DNA of 64,000 nucleotides, taken from NCBI GenBank assembly GCA_964057225.1, contig OZ059894.1:12710001-12774000 (forward strand), given 5' to 3'. Shown here piece after piece: positions 23,301 through 31,300 of the stretch. The stretch's first letter is position 1; the number at the start of each line of letters is the position of its first letter. The DNA comes from Auanema rhodensis (lineage: Eukaryota; Animalia; Nematoda). A model generated the notes under the pieces. It was given only the letters and a program-made list of their open reading frames with translations, ran no database searches and was not told the DNA's origin. A program made the translations under genes and the position numbers.

Positions 23301-25304
23301 AAAAGAAGGCAATCCGTCATTCCTCTTCTTGCAATAATACTGTTAGAAATAGGAAACAGCTCTGCATGTCAAGAATTGAACATGATTTCAACAAAAGAAT
23401 CGTCATGCACTCAAAACAAATGTCGAATCCGAACATCAGAACGACTTACCATCAGCCCATACACTCAGGAAGCATGTCTCTCATTTACCAACAACGAGGA
23501 CAAAATCACTTTCCTACGCATCCAGTGGATCAAAAGCACTTATTCTTGCGAAGTAAATTCACTATACTTCACTAGAGAAAGCATCACTCAAGTCCAAGAC
23601 AGCAAACGTTGCCCACGAACTGGATCCTGCCAAGAAACAAAATGCGCCATGATCAGAGAAGACACCAAGATCAATGAACTAACTATGGCCAACCAATACC
23701 CAGGACAAACATTCTGCACAGAATCTTGTGGAGGCATTGGCTGCGGATGCTTCTATCCATCATCCGGTTGCCTCTTCTACAGAACGTATATGAAACCCAC
23801 GGACAAATCCATTTACGAAGTCTTCACTTGCACAGAATGGTCACAATCTACTCAGATGCTACTTACCTATCAAAATGGAACAAATATAATCACCAGAAAC
23901 ATCACCTTACACGGCGATTTGATAACTTCTTTGTCTCCATTCAAGATAGCACTTACCAGCATTACTTCACCCGTCATACCAGCAATGCAATACAAATTCA
24001 TTCGAAATCTGACGAAAACAGCAGTCTGGAACCAACCAGCAACTCTATCTTGCTCATCTAGAGAGAAAGCAATAAAAATGGAATGCCAAGCTACTCCACA
24101 TTGCGATTGTTCACCAGCCGAAGATACCGTGAATTGTCGATGCAAAGACTACTCTTTGAATACATCATTTGAAAATGTGAAAAGTGCCTTACCACTCATC
24201 ACACCTGCCTACTCCATCGAATCTTCAAATCGCAAAGTTCACATAACTGTCAACCGTAACATTATGGCCGAACTACACATCACAATTGATGGCAAATTCC
24301 AAAACTCATTCAATTACAGCTCGGAATTTTGCGACATAACAGACTCCATGTTAACAGGCTGTTACAACTGTCAAAACGGAGCACAGGCTAAAATTATATG
24401 TTCCTCATCAACAAATACTCTCGCGGCAACAACTTGCGAAGGTACAGCATTCATGCTACACTGCAGCCCTGAAGGAACAATGAACACTATTCGACTTCCA
24501 ATGACAACAGCTTCACCTCGAACACAGTGTTCATACACTTGCGGAAAACAAACGAAGTCATTTTTGCTCACCGGAATATTATATTACGTGAATAATATGG
24601 AAGATCTCAACAAACACTACGTCGATGGCAATCACTCCTCCATTCATGAGTCAGTTATATCTTTCCCATGGCCTGATATCACTCATTTCTACGACATTTA
24701 CCTTAACTGGTACAGAGAACTTCTATTTTGTCTCATACTGATATTATCCGCATTGGCCATTTCGTATTACATCATGACGACATACTCCATCGCCATCGCG
24801 AGCAACACACTTTTCTTCGCTATCAGAATTATTAAAACCACGCTCCGCCTGCCCATCATTACGCTTCGTTTCCTCAGGCGCCTCCTCTTCCTCATCACTC
24901 AACGGAAGACCCACGTCGCTATCATACTCTTATTCCTAATCATGTCAACTCACGCCAACACTATTCGCGATACTCTTGCTTCCTCAGCCGAGAGAAAACA
25001 ATCATACTTACGTCTGTCCTTAGACAAAAGAAATGATTACTACAAGGGCCTATTGCAATCCATGGATCTATCTCTGAAAACTTTATTCCAACTTGAAGCG
25101 ATTACGAATACTCCTGCTAGAGACATCCAACTTGCCGCTACTGATATTCTCTGTTATTTCATCAAAATAAAGGACTTTATCAACACAGCCAGGACCTATA
25201 ATGTATTCGAAAAGGAGCTTACTGATCTACAACTATTTGGCAACGAGAAACGACTCACCGAATTGGTGGAAAGAAATTGTTTCAAAACTATTGTAAAAAT
25301 ATGA
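17397..25304 (+). CDS. Gag-Pol-Env polyprotein (2635 aa, single frame; last 9 codons and stop are satellite-derived)
   Basis: ORF track; no internal stop or frameshift. In-frame ATGs at 17397 (inside the LTR) and 17442 (LTR/PBS junction); the true start is uncertain. Confidence 0.95.
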   Translation: MPVLRSPTSKDSSQNMVHEAEASDTSRANAWIARCTSFLTKLQKQDGRRKSFMTRQINLQSNKMTWMIELREKEMLAIDLDINMINSLIEELNNITEDLNSEDQERILANEDTLRRHISTLRGYTSALRDQVSAMRAQDPEEEQTSSAPSAQPIANIPLTTEVQRPDLTQPTQAQLGNEPLPIAYRESYRLRPTVKPVDIPKFDGNVKNWRNFWSLFNRLIHSANIPTIEKFNYLRQSLVGEAAAQLSSFPTNEDSYDAAVCFLHDLYDDNDNILQHLMLDFVQIQPRSTSNRDLLFMADKISGIFRQTETNPHEALNALAIVLLHSKLPGSIIQELYKTLDTRPSIGTLVSTLQRYLRQQNKVKIFAADRFEKPIQRPNSFTGPRPNNVSTPQRPRPEMRKTAAKTTSCIFCQKPHAPWDCDTPKTKKERQTILTQEKRCHNCLRKSHNTENCPSKRTCSKCGEKHLEVLCYGRKKTSKVNMLSSTPMEDDYNEEEHIIQFATQQQDQQFYNALLPVGTINIFKGDKTIAVPAILDSGSDTSFIEEDLAKELQLTVIQTKRVKIKTFGNTTSIEKLNKVEAKIIGTKSEIIANLWTKKILTGPINTVSFQKATKAKPSLGQTSKITPRILIGSDLMWQALTSVEQLNPDNIIIHTQFGDFITGQTTDKKSISAYSVITGESSIPIQKWNKSFIEEHMEFTGTEQEEREARDKLILDQFNASIQKKEDGYYVSFPWKENAHLLPDNRALALKRLTSLALKLSNQPQLLQQYNNIIEEQLNSGIIEEATDPYPNAHRIHYIAHQAVITPQKETTKLRIVYDASGHYQNKPSLNDVIHQGPLILPSLIGMILRFRCGPIAMIADVKKAFLQIRLHESERDATRFFWLNDINQPITPENIRTLRFCRVPFGINASPFLLSATIRYHLMQRSHENFLAHQIKENLYVDNLLLACDSSEKICLWYQDIKDIFAEMNMTLQEFISNDATFNNNLSMEEKNSSTTPKVLGLPWDTKTDQWIIETKITETKPTKRGITQAIASIFDPMGMICPSLHPLRLFLQSLWTENFDWDTTLPHELQQKWKELSDNFHMVKAIPRSLPSDPTNSYHLVTCTDSSGSALGFCVYILSASTRKPRLMFAKSKLHSKSSSITIPKAEISALTIGVSNTLKIAKEIRGNIKIETATFLSDSEIALAWIRQKPDQKTTGVLVQNRIKEINECAEQLEDMEIKTFFGYINTKDNPADIATRGCTTAELSDHYWWNPQAQLERAINGPLFTLPQNEVNVHMTTTDDDPNEEPWISDCSSWTQAQEKWIATHYPLTEARTPQHYEEAELNLLHLHQRNLMVRLTAAQRNDLRPLLRDHFWHSRGRMENAELEQSAKLPIIILPKTPTARLLIEHFHEKFHKSTAHTMAEVRQKYWIPQLRSQTQAVIRKCANCQRLNNRPFTYPPSGNVPSRRLQRSQPFKHVGLDYFGPITVKDGNTKVWSCIYTCTVTRLIHLEVIHNLTTTAFLNCLRKIWARRGCPSSITCDNASTFELGQKVANKLFTTTDSGNQYKIRWHNITPYAPWQGGFYERLIRSVKEALYKTLHSTPTTEELTITLAECEATINTRPLTYIGTDTNKDEIIRPCDFIYKDIDLNISVESEEEMDEDYIDSPALQTQADTERAIHSSRKRTNKFWELWTDLYLKEIRATHHHNISVKKAGTKLTPSIGQIVLINELPIPRHKWSTGKIIQVHPDRSGNIREATLISETGREIKRPVNLLHPLEISDNEIPEKLKGNATPEEQVHEERRTNLRNLPRVWYGDTTNTLLTFFTILAIFGPMASANPTISCNSHGVHIQGISTANQQVCIQNTCFNSSNNGDVTLPTAEILTDYQVSWTFFHNSRLQHMFLTCPGVHFCSTVTCTFCTATLLNPSCWPWTSILLLTLIVYMITALCYGLLYTPWVIGKPIRLWCYIIFSLTLTTGRKLKKLFSKRRQSVIPLLAIILLEIGNSSACQELNMISTKESSCTQNKCRIRTSERLTISPYTQEACLSFTNNEDKITFLRIQWIKSTYSCEVNSLYFTRESITQVQDSKRCPRTGSCQETKCAMIREDTKINELTMANQYPGQTFCTESCGGIGCGCFYPSSGCLFYRTYMKPTDKSIYEVFTCTEWSQSTQMLLTYQNGTNIITRNITLHGDLITSLSPFKIALTSITSPVIPAMQYKFIRNLTKTAVWNQPATLSCSSREKAIKMECQATPHCDCSPAEDTVNCRCKDYSLNTSFENVKSALPLITPAYSIESSNRKVHITVNRNIMAELHITIDGKFQNSFNYSSEFCDITDSMLTGCYNCQNGAQAKIICSSSTNTLAATTCEGTAFMLHCSPEGTMNTIRLPMTTASPRTQCSYTCGKQTKSFLLTGILYYVNNMEDLNKHYVDGNHSSIHESVISFPWPDITHFYDIYLNWYRELLFCLILILSALAISYYIMTTYSIAIASNTLFFAIRIIKTTLRLPIITLRFLRRLLFLITQRKTHVAIILLFLIMSTHANTIRDTLASSAERKQSYLRLSLDKRNDYYKGLLQSMDLSLKTLFQLEAITNTPARDIQLAATDILCYFIKIKDFINTARTYNVFEKELTDLQLFGNEKRLTELVERNCFKTIVKI
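17443..17460 (+). promoter_or_regulatory. Primer binding site, tRNA-Gly-like (imperfect)
   Basis: TGGTGCATGAGGCCGAGG follows the LTR-terminal CA directly. TGGTGCAT is complementary to the 3' end (...ATGCACCA) of eukaryotic tRNA-Gly(GCC) as recalled; the match degrades after 8 nt. Confidence 0.7.
17991..18812 (+). other. gag: Gag: DUF1759-like capsid region plus three Cys/His zinc knuckles
   Basis: DIPKFDGNVKNWRNFW...EKFNYLRQSLVGEA from 17991. Knuckles CIFCQKPHAPWDC (18624), CHNCLRKSHNTENC (18717) and CSKCGEKHLEVLC (18774-18812). A predicted coiled-coil N-terminus precedes this region. Confidence 0.88.
18936..19390 (+). other. Aspartic protease domain (boundaries approximate)
   Basis: AILDSGSDTSFI with catalytic Asp codon at 19005; downstream ILIGSD and TQFG motifs typical of Bel/Pao proteases. 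Confidence 0.88.
19780..20340 (+). other. pol: Reverse transcriptase domain (boundaries approximate)
   Basis: HYIAHQAV, KLRIVYDAS, SLNDVIHQGP, ADVKKAFLQI, RVPFGINASPFLL and YVDN (20220-20231). Confidence 0.95.
20390..21160 (+). other. Connection/RNase H region (Pao Peptidase_A17-like; boundaries approximate)
   Basis: KVLGLPWD, IFDPMG, CTDSS (Asp 20718), TIPKAE, SDSEIALAWI, NPADIATRG, WWNP. Confidence 0.88.
21480..22682 (+). other. Integrase: HHCC zinc finger, DDE core and DUF5641-like C-terminal domain (boundaries approximate)
   Basis: HEKFH...CANC (21678-21689); GLDYFGP (Asp 21786); TCDNAS (Asp 21966); WQGGFYERL (Glu 22098); INTRPLTY; FWELWTDLYL...RPVNLLHPLEI. Confidence 0.92.
22803..23366 (+). 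other. env: Env part 1: signal-peptide-like segment, short Gn-like glycoprotein, TM and Gc signal
   Basis: Hydrophobic TLLTFFTILAIFGPMASA; Cys motif C-x5-C-x4-C-x2-C-x5-N-x2-C (23058-23129) just before a TM helix; then a basic tail and VIPLLAIILLEIGNSSA. Confidence 0.7.
23367..24776 (+). other. env: Env part 2: phlebovirus Gc (G2)-like class II fusion glycoprotein
   Basis: Starts SSA|CQE. Contains SKRCPRTGSC, the fusion-loop segment CTESCGGIGCGCFYPSSGCLFYR (23715-23783), EVFTCTEW and TGCYNCQNGA, with a C-terminal TM at ~24708-24776. About 470 aa and Cys-rich, with several N-x-S/T sequons. Confidence 0.9.
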
Positions 25305-25305
25305 G
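25275..25305 (+). repeat. 31-bp direct duplication flanking the element (right copy)
   Basis: Identical to 16553-16583; the satellite resumes 31 bp earlier in monomer phase than where it was interrupted. Confidence 0.8.
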
Positions 25306-28300
25306 ATTGTTTCAAAATACGTGATTAAATGAAGAAAATGGAGCAAAATGAATTGGAAAATTATAAAATATTTTCATGTTTTATTTCTTGAGTATCAAAA
25401 TATTTAAACTTTTTTTTTTCACTGTTTAAAATCTTACAGAACGAATGAATTGTTTCAAAACTATTGTAAAAATTTGAGATTGTTTCAAAATACGTGATTA
25501 AATGAAGAAAATGGAGTAAAATGAATTGGAAAATTATAAAATATTTCCATGTTTTATTTTCTTAGTATCAGAAAATTCAAATTAAGATCGTTTTCAATGT
25601 TTCAAATCTTAATGAACGAATTAATCGTTTCAAAACTATTGTAAAAATATGAGATTGTTTCAAAATACGTGATTAAATGAAGAAAATAGAGTAAAATGAA
25701 TTGGAATATTATAAAATATTTTCATGTTTTATTTCTTGAGTATCAAAAGATTCAAACTTTTTTTTTTCACTGTTTAAAATCTTAATGAACGAATGAATTG
25801 TTTCAAAACTATTGTAAAAATATGAGATTGTTTCAAAATACGTGATTAAATGAAGGAAATGGAGTAAAATGAATTGGAAAATTATAAAATATTTTCATGT
25901 TTTATTTCTTGAGTTTCAAAATATTCAAACTTTTTTTTTTCACTGTTTAAAATCTTAATGAACGAATGAATTGTTTCAAAACTATTGTAAAAATTTGAGA
26001 TTGTTTCAAAATACGTGATTAAATGAAGAAAATGGAGTAAAATGAATTGGAAAATTATAAAATATTTCCATGTTTTATTTTTTTAGTATCAGAAAATTCA
26101 AATTAAGATCGTTTTTATGTTTCAAATCTCAATGAACGAATGAATTGTTTCAAAACTATTGTAAAAATATGAGATTGTTTCAAAATACGTGATTAAATGA
26201 AGAAAATGGAGTAAAATGAATTGGAAAATTATAAAATATTTTCATGTTTTATTTCTTGAGTTTCAAAATATTCAAACTTTTTTTTTTCACTGTTTAAAAT
26301 CTTACAGAACGAATGAATTGTTTCAAAACTATTGTAAAAATTTGAGATTGTTTCAAAATACGTGATTAAATGAAGAAAATGGAGTAAAATGAATTGGAAA
26401 ATTATAAAATATTTCCATGTTTTATTTTCTTAGTATCAGAAAATTCGAATTAAGATCGTTTTCAATGTTTCAAATCTTAATGAACGAATTAATTGTTTCA
26501 AAACTATTGTAAAAATATGAGATTGTTTCAAAATACGTGATTAAATGAAGAAAATGGAGTAAAATGAATTGGAAAATTATAAAATATTTCCATGTTTTAT
26601 TTTTTTAGTATCAGAAAATTCAAATTAAGATCGTTTTTAATGTTTCAAATCTCAATGAACGAATGAATTGTTTCAAAACTATTGTAAAAATATGAGATTG
26701 TTTCAAAATACGTGATTAAATGAAGAAAATGGAGTAAAATGAATTGGAAAATTATAAAATATTTTCATGTTTTATTTCTTGAGTTTCAAAATATTCAAAC
26801 TTTTTTTTTTCACTGTTTAAAATCTTAATGAACGAATGAATTGTTTCAAAACTATTGTAAAAATATGAGATTGTTTCAAAATACGTGATTAAATGAAGAA
26901 AATGGAGTAAAATGAATTGGAAAATTATAAAATATTTCCATGTTTTATTTTCTTAGTATCAGAAAATTCAAATTAAGATCGTTTTCAATGTTTCAAATCT
27001 TAATGAACGAATTAATCGTTTCAAAACTATTGTAAAAATATGAGATTGTTTCAAAATACGTGATTAAATGAAGAAAATAGAGTAAAATGAATTGGAATAT
27101 TATAAAATATTTTCATGTTTTATTTCTTGAGTATCAAAATATTCAAACTTTTTTTTTTCACTGTTTAAAATCTTAATGAACGAATGAATTGTTTCAAAAC
27201 TATTGTAAAAATATGAGATTGTTTCAAAATACGTGATTAAATGAAGGAAATGGAGTAAAATGAATTGGAAAATTATAAAATATTTTCATGTTTTATTTCT
27301 TGAGTTTCAAAAGATTCAAACTTTTTTTTTTCACTGTTTAAAATCTTAATGAACGAATGAATTGTTTCAAAACTATTGTAAAAATATGAGATTGTTTCAA
27401 AATACGTGATTAAATGAAGGAAATGGAGTAAAATGAATTGGAAAATTATAAAATATTTTCATGTTTTATTTCTTGAGTTTCAAAATATTCAAACTTTTTT
27501 TTTTCACTGTTTAAAATCTTAATGAACGAATGAATTGTTTCAAAACTATTGTAAAAATTTGAGATTGTTTCAAAATACGTGATTAAATGAAGAAAATGGA
27601 GTAAAATGAATTGGAAAATTATAAAATATTTCCATGTTTTATTTTTTTAGTATCAGAAAATTCAAATTAAGATCGTTTTTATGTTTCAAATCTCAATGAA
27701 CGAATGAATTGTTTCAAAACTATTGTAAAAATATGAGATTGTTTCAAAATACGTGATTAAATGAAGAAAATGGAGTAAAATGAATTGGAAAATTATAAAA
27801 TATTTTCATGTTTTATTTCTTGAGTTTCAAAATATTCAAACTTTTTTTTTTCACTGTTTAAAATCTTACAGAACGAATGAATTGTTTCAAAACTATTGTA
27901 AAAATTTGAGATTGTTTCAAAATACGTGATTAAATGAAGAAAATGGAGTAAAATGAATTGGAAAATTATAAAATATTTCCATGTTTTATTTTCTTAGTAT
28001 CAGAAAATTCGAATTAAGATCGTTTTCAATGTTTCAAATCTTAATGAACGAATTAATTGTTTCAAAACTATTGTAAAAATATGAGATTGTTTCAAAATAC
28101 GTGATTAAATGAAGAAAATGGAGTAAAATGAATTGGAAAATTATAAAATATTTCCATGTTTTATTTTTTTAGTATCAGAAAATTCAAATTAAGATCGTTT
28201 TTAATGTTTCAAATCTCAATGAACGAATGAATTGTTTCAAAACTATTGTAAAAATATGAGATTGTTTCAAAATACGTGATTAAATGAAGAAAATGGAGTA

Positions 28301-31300
28301 AAATGAATTGGAAAATTATAAAATATTTTCATGTTTTATTTCTTGAGTTTCAAAATATTCAAACTTTTTTTTTTCACTGTTTAAAATCTTAATGAACGAA
28401 TGAATTGTTTCAAAACTATTGTAAAAATATGAGATTGTTTCAAAATACGTGATTAAATGAAGAAAATGGAGTAAAATGAATTGGAAAATTATAAAATATT
28501 TCCATGTTTTATTTTCTTAGTATCAGAAAATTCAAATTAAGATCGTTTTCAATGTTTCAAATCTTAATGAACGAATTAATCGTTTCAAAACTATTGTAAA
28601 AATATGAGATTGTTTCAAAATACGTGATTAAATGAAGAAAATAGAGTAAAATGAATTGGAATATTATAAAATATTTTCATGTTTTATTTCTTGAGTATCA
28701 AAATATTCAAACTTTTTTTTTTCACTGTTTAAAATCTTAATGAACGAATGAATTGTTTCAAAACTATTGTAAAAATATGAGATTGTTTCAAAATACGTGA
28801 TTAAATGAAGGAAATGGAGTAAAATGAATTGGAAAATTATAAAATATTTTCATGTTTTATTTCTTGAGTTTCAAAATATTCAAACTTTTTTTTTTCACTG
28901 TTTAAAATCTTAATGAACGAATGAATTGTTTCAAAACTATTGTAAAAATTTGAGATTGTTTCAAAATACGTGATTAAATGAAGAAAATAGAGTAAAATGA
29001 ATTGGAATATTATAAAATATTTTCATGTTTTATTTCTTGAGTATCAAAATATTCAAACTTTTTTTTTTCACTGTTTAAAATCTTAATGAACGAATGAATT
29101 GTTTCAAAACTATTGTAAAAATATGAGATTGTTTCAAAATACGTGATTAAATGAAGGAAATGGAGTAAAATGAATTGGAAAATTATAAAATATTTTCATG
29201 TTTTATTTCTTGAGTTTCAAAATATTCAAACTTTTTTTTTTCACTGTTTAAAATCTTAATGAACGAATGAATTGTTTCAAAACTATTGTAAAAATATGAG
29301 ATTGTTTCAAAATACGTGATTAAATGAAGAAAATGGAGTAAAATGAATTGGAAAATTATAAAATATTTCCATGTTTTATTTTTTTAGTATCAGAAAATTC
29401 AAATTAAGATCGTTTTTAATGTTTCAAATCTCAATGAACGAATGAATTGTTTCAAAACTATTGTAAAAATATGAGATTGTTTCAAAATACGTGATTAAAT
29501 GAAGAAAATGGAGTAAAATGAATTGGAAAATTATAAAATATTTTCATGTTTTATTTCTTGAGTTTCAAAATATTCAAACTTTTTTTTTTCACTGTTTAAA
29601 ATCTTACAGAACGAATGAATTGTTTCAAAACTATTGTAAAAATTTGAGATTGTTTCAAAATACGTGATTAAATGAAGAAAATGGAGTAAAATGAATTGGA
29701 AAATTATAAAATATTTCCATGTTTTATTTTCTTAGTATCAGAAAATTCGAATTAAGATCGTTTTCAATGTTTCAAATCTTAATGAACGAATTAATTGTTT
29801 CAAAACTATTGTAAAAATATGAGATTGTTTCAAAATACGTGATTAAATGAAGAAAATGGAGTAAAATGAATTGGAAAATTATAAAATATTTCCATGTTTT
29901 ATTTTTTTAGTATCAGAAAATTTAAATTAAGATCGTTTTTAATGTTTCAAATCTGAATGAACGAATGAATTGTTTCAAAACTATTGTAAAAATATGAGAT
30001 TGTTTCAAAATACGTGATTAAATGAAGAAAATGGAGTAAAATGAATTGGAAAATTATAAAATATTTTCATGTTTTATTTCTTGAGTTTCAAAATATTCAA
30101 ACTTTTTTTTTTCACTGTTTAAAATCTTAATGAACGAATGAATTGTTTCAAAACTATTGTAAAAATATGAGATTGTTTCAAAATACGTGATTAAATGAAG
30201 AAAATGGAGTAAAATGAATTGGAAAATTATAAAATATTTCCATGTTTTATTTTCTTAGTATCAGAAAATTCAAATTAAGATCGTTTTCAATGTTTCAAAT
30301 CTTAATGAACGAATTAATCGTTTCAAAACTATTGTAAAAATATGAGATTGTTTCAAAATACGTGATTAAATGAAGAAAATGGAGTAAAATGAATTGGAAT
30401 ATTATAAAATATTTTCATGTTTTATTTTCTTAGTATCAGAAAATTCGAATTAAGATCGTTTTCAATGTTTCAAATCTTAATGAACGAATTAATTGTTTCA
30501 AAACTATTGTAAAAATATGAGATTGTTTCAAAATACGTGATTAAATGAAGAAAATGGAGTAAAATGAATTGGAAAATTATAAAATATTTCCATGTTTTAT
30601 TTTTTTAGTATCAGAAAATTCAAATTAAGATCGTTTTTAATGTTTCAAATCTCAATGAACGAATGAATTGTTTCAAAACTATTGTAAAAATATGAGATTG
30701 TTTCAAAATACGTGATTAAATGAAGAAAATGGAGTAAAATGAATTGGAAAATTATAAAATATTTTCATGTTTTATTTCTTGAGTTTCAAAATATTCAAAT
30801 TTTTTTTTTTCACTGTTTAAAATCTTAATGAACGAATGAATTGTTTCAAAACTATTGTAAAAATATGAGATTGTTTCAAAATACGTGATTAAATGAAGAA
30901 AATGGAGTAAAATGAATTGGAAAATTATAAAATATTTCCATGTTTTATTTTCTTAGTATCAGAAAATTCAAATTAAGATCGTTTTCAATGTTTCAAATCT
31001 TAATGAACGAATTAATCGTTTCAAAACTATTGTAAAAATATGAGATTGTTTCAAAATACGTGATTAAATGAAGAAAATAGAGTAAAATGAATTGGAATAT
31101 TATAAAATATTTTCATGTTTTATTTCTTGAGTATCAAAATATTCAAACTTTTTTTTTTCACTGTTTAAAATCTTAATGAACGAATGAATTGTTTCAAAAC
31201 TATTGTAAAAATATGAGATTGTTTCAAAATACGTGATTAAATGAAGGAAATGGAGTAAAATGAATTGGAAAATTATAAAATATTTTCATGTTTTATTTCT

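Larger units (their letters stand above)
16584..25274 (+). mobile_element. Bel/Pao (Belpaoviridae) LTR retrotransposon / endogenous virus with phlebovirus-like env; 3'-truncated (no PPT or 3' LTR)
   Basis: Begins with TGT where the satellite stops. LTR end and PBS at 17442/17443. Domain order Gag-PR-RT-RH-IN-Env with Bel/Pao signature motifs (three zinc knuckles, YVDN, KVLGLPWD, FDPMG, NPADIATRG, GLDYFGP, APWQGGFYERL). No second LTR copy seen before the satellite resumes. Confidence 0.96.

Noticed and set aside
18164-24571. Short alternative-frame and antisense ORFs overlapping the polyprotein, including the 187-aa ORF at 23012-23575
   Set aside because: No recognisable motifs. They are expected by-products of the A/C-rich codon bias of the main ORF, and several lack an ATG start.
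24900-25274. 3' LTR or polypurine tract
   Set aside because: No similarity to 16584-17442 was seen and the frame is still coding at the junction. GGTGGAAAGAAA is too short and is not followed by an LTR start.
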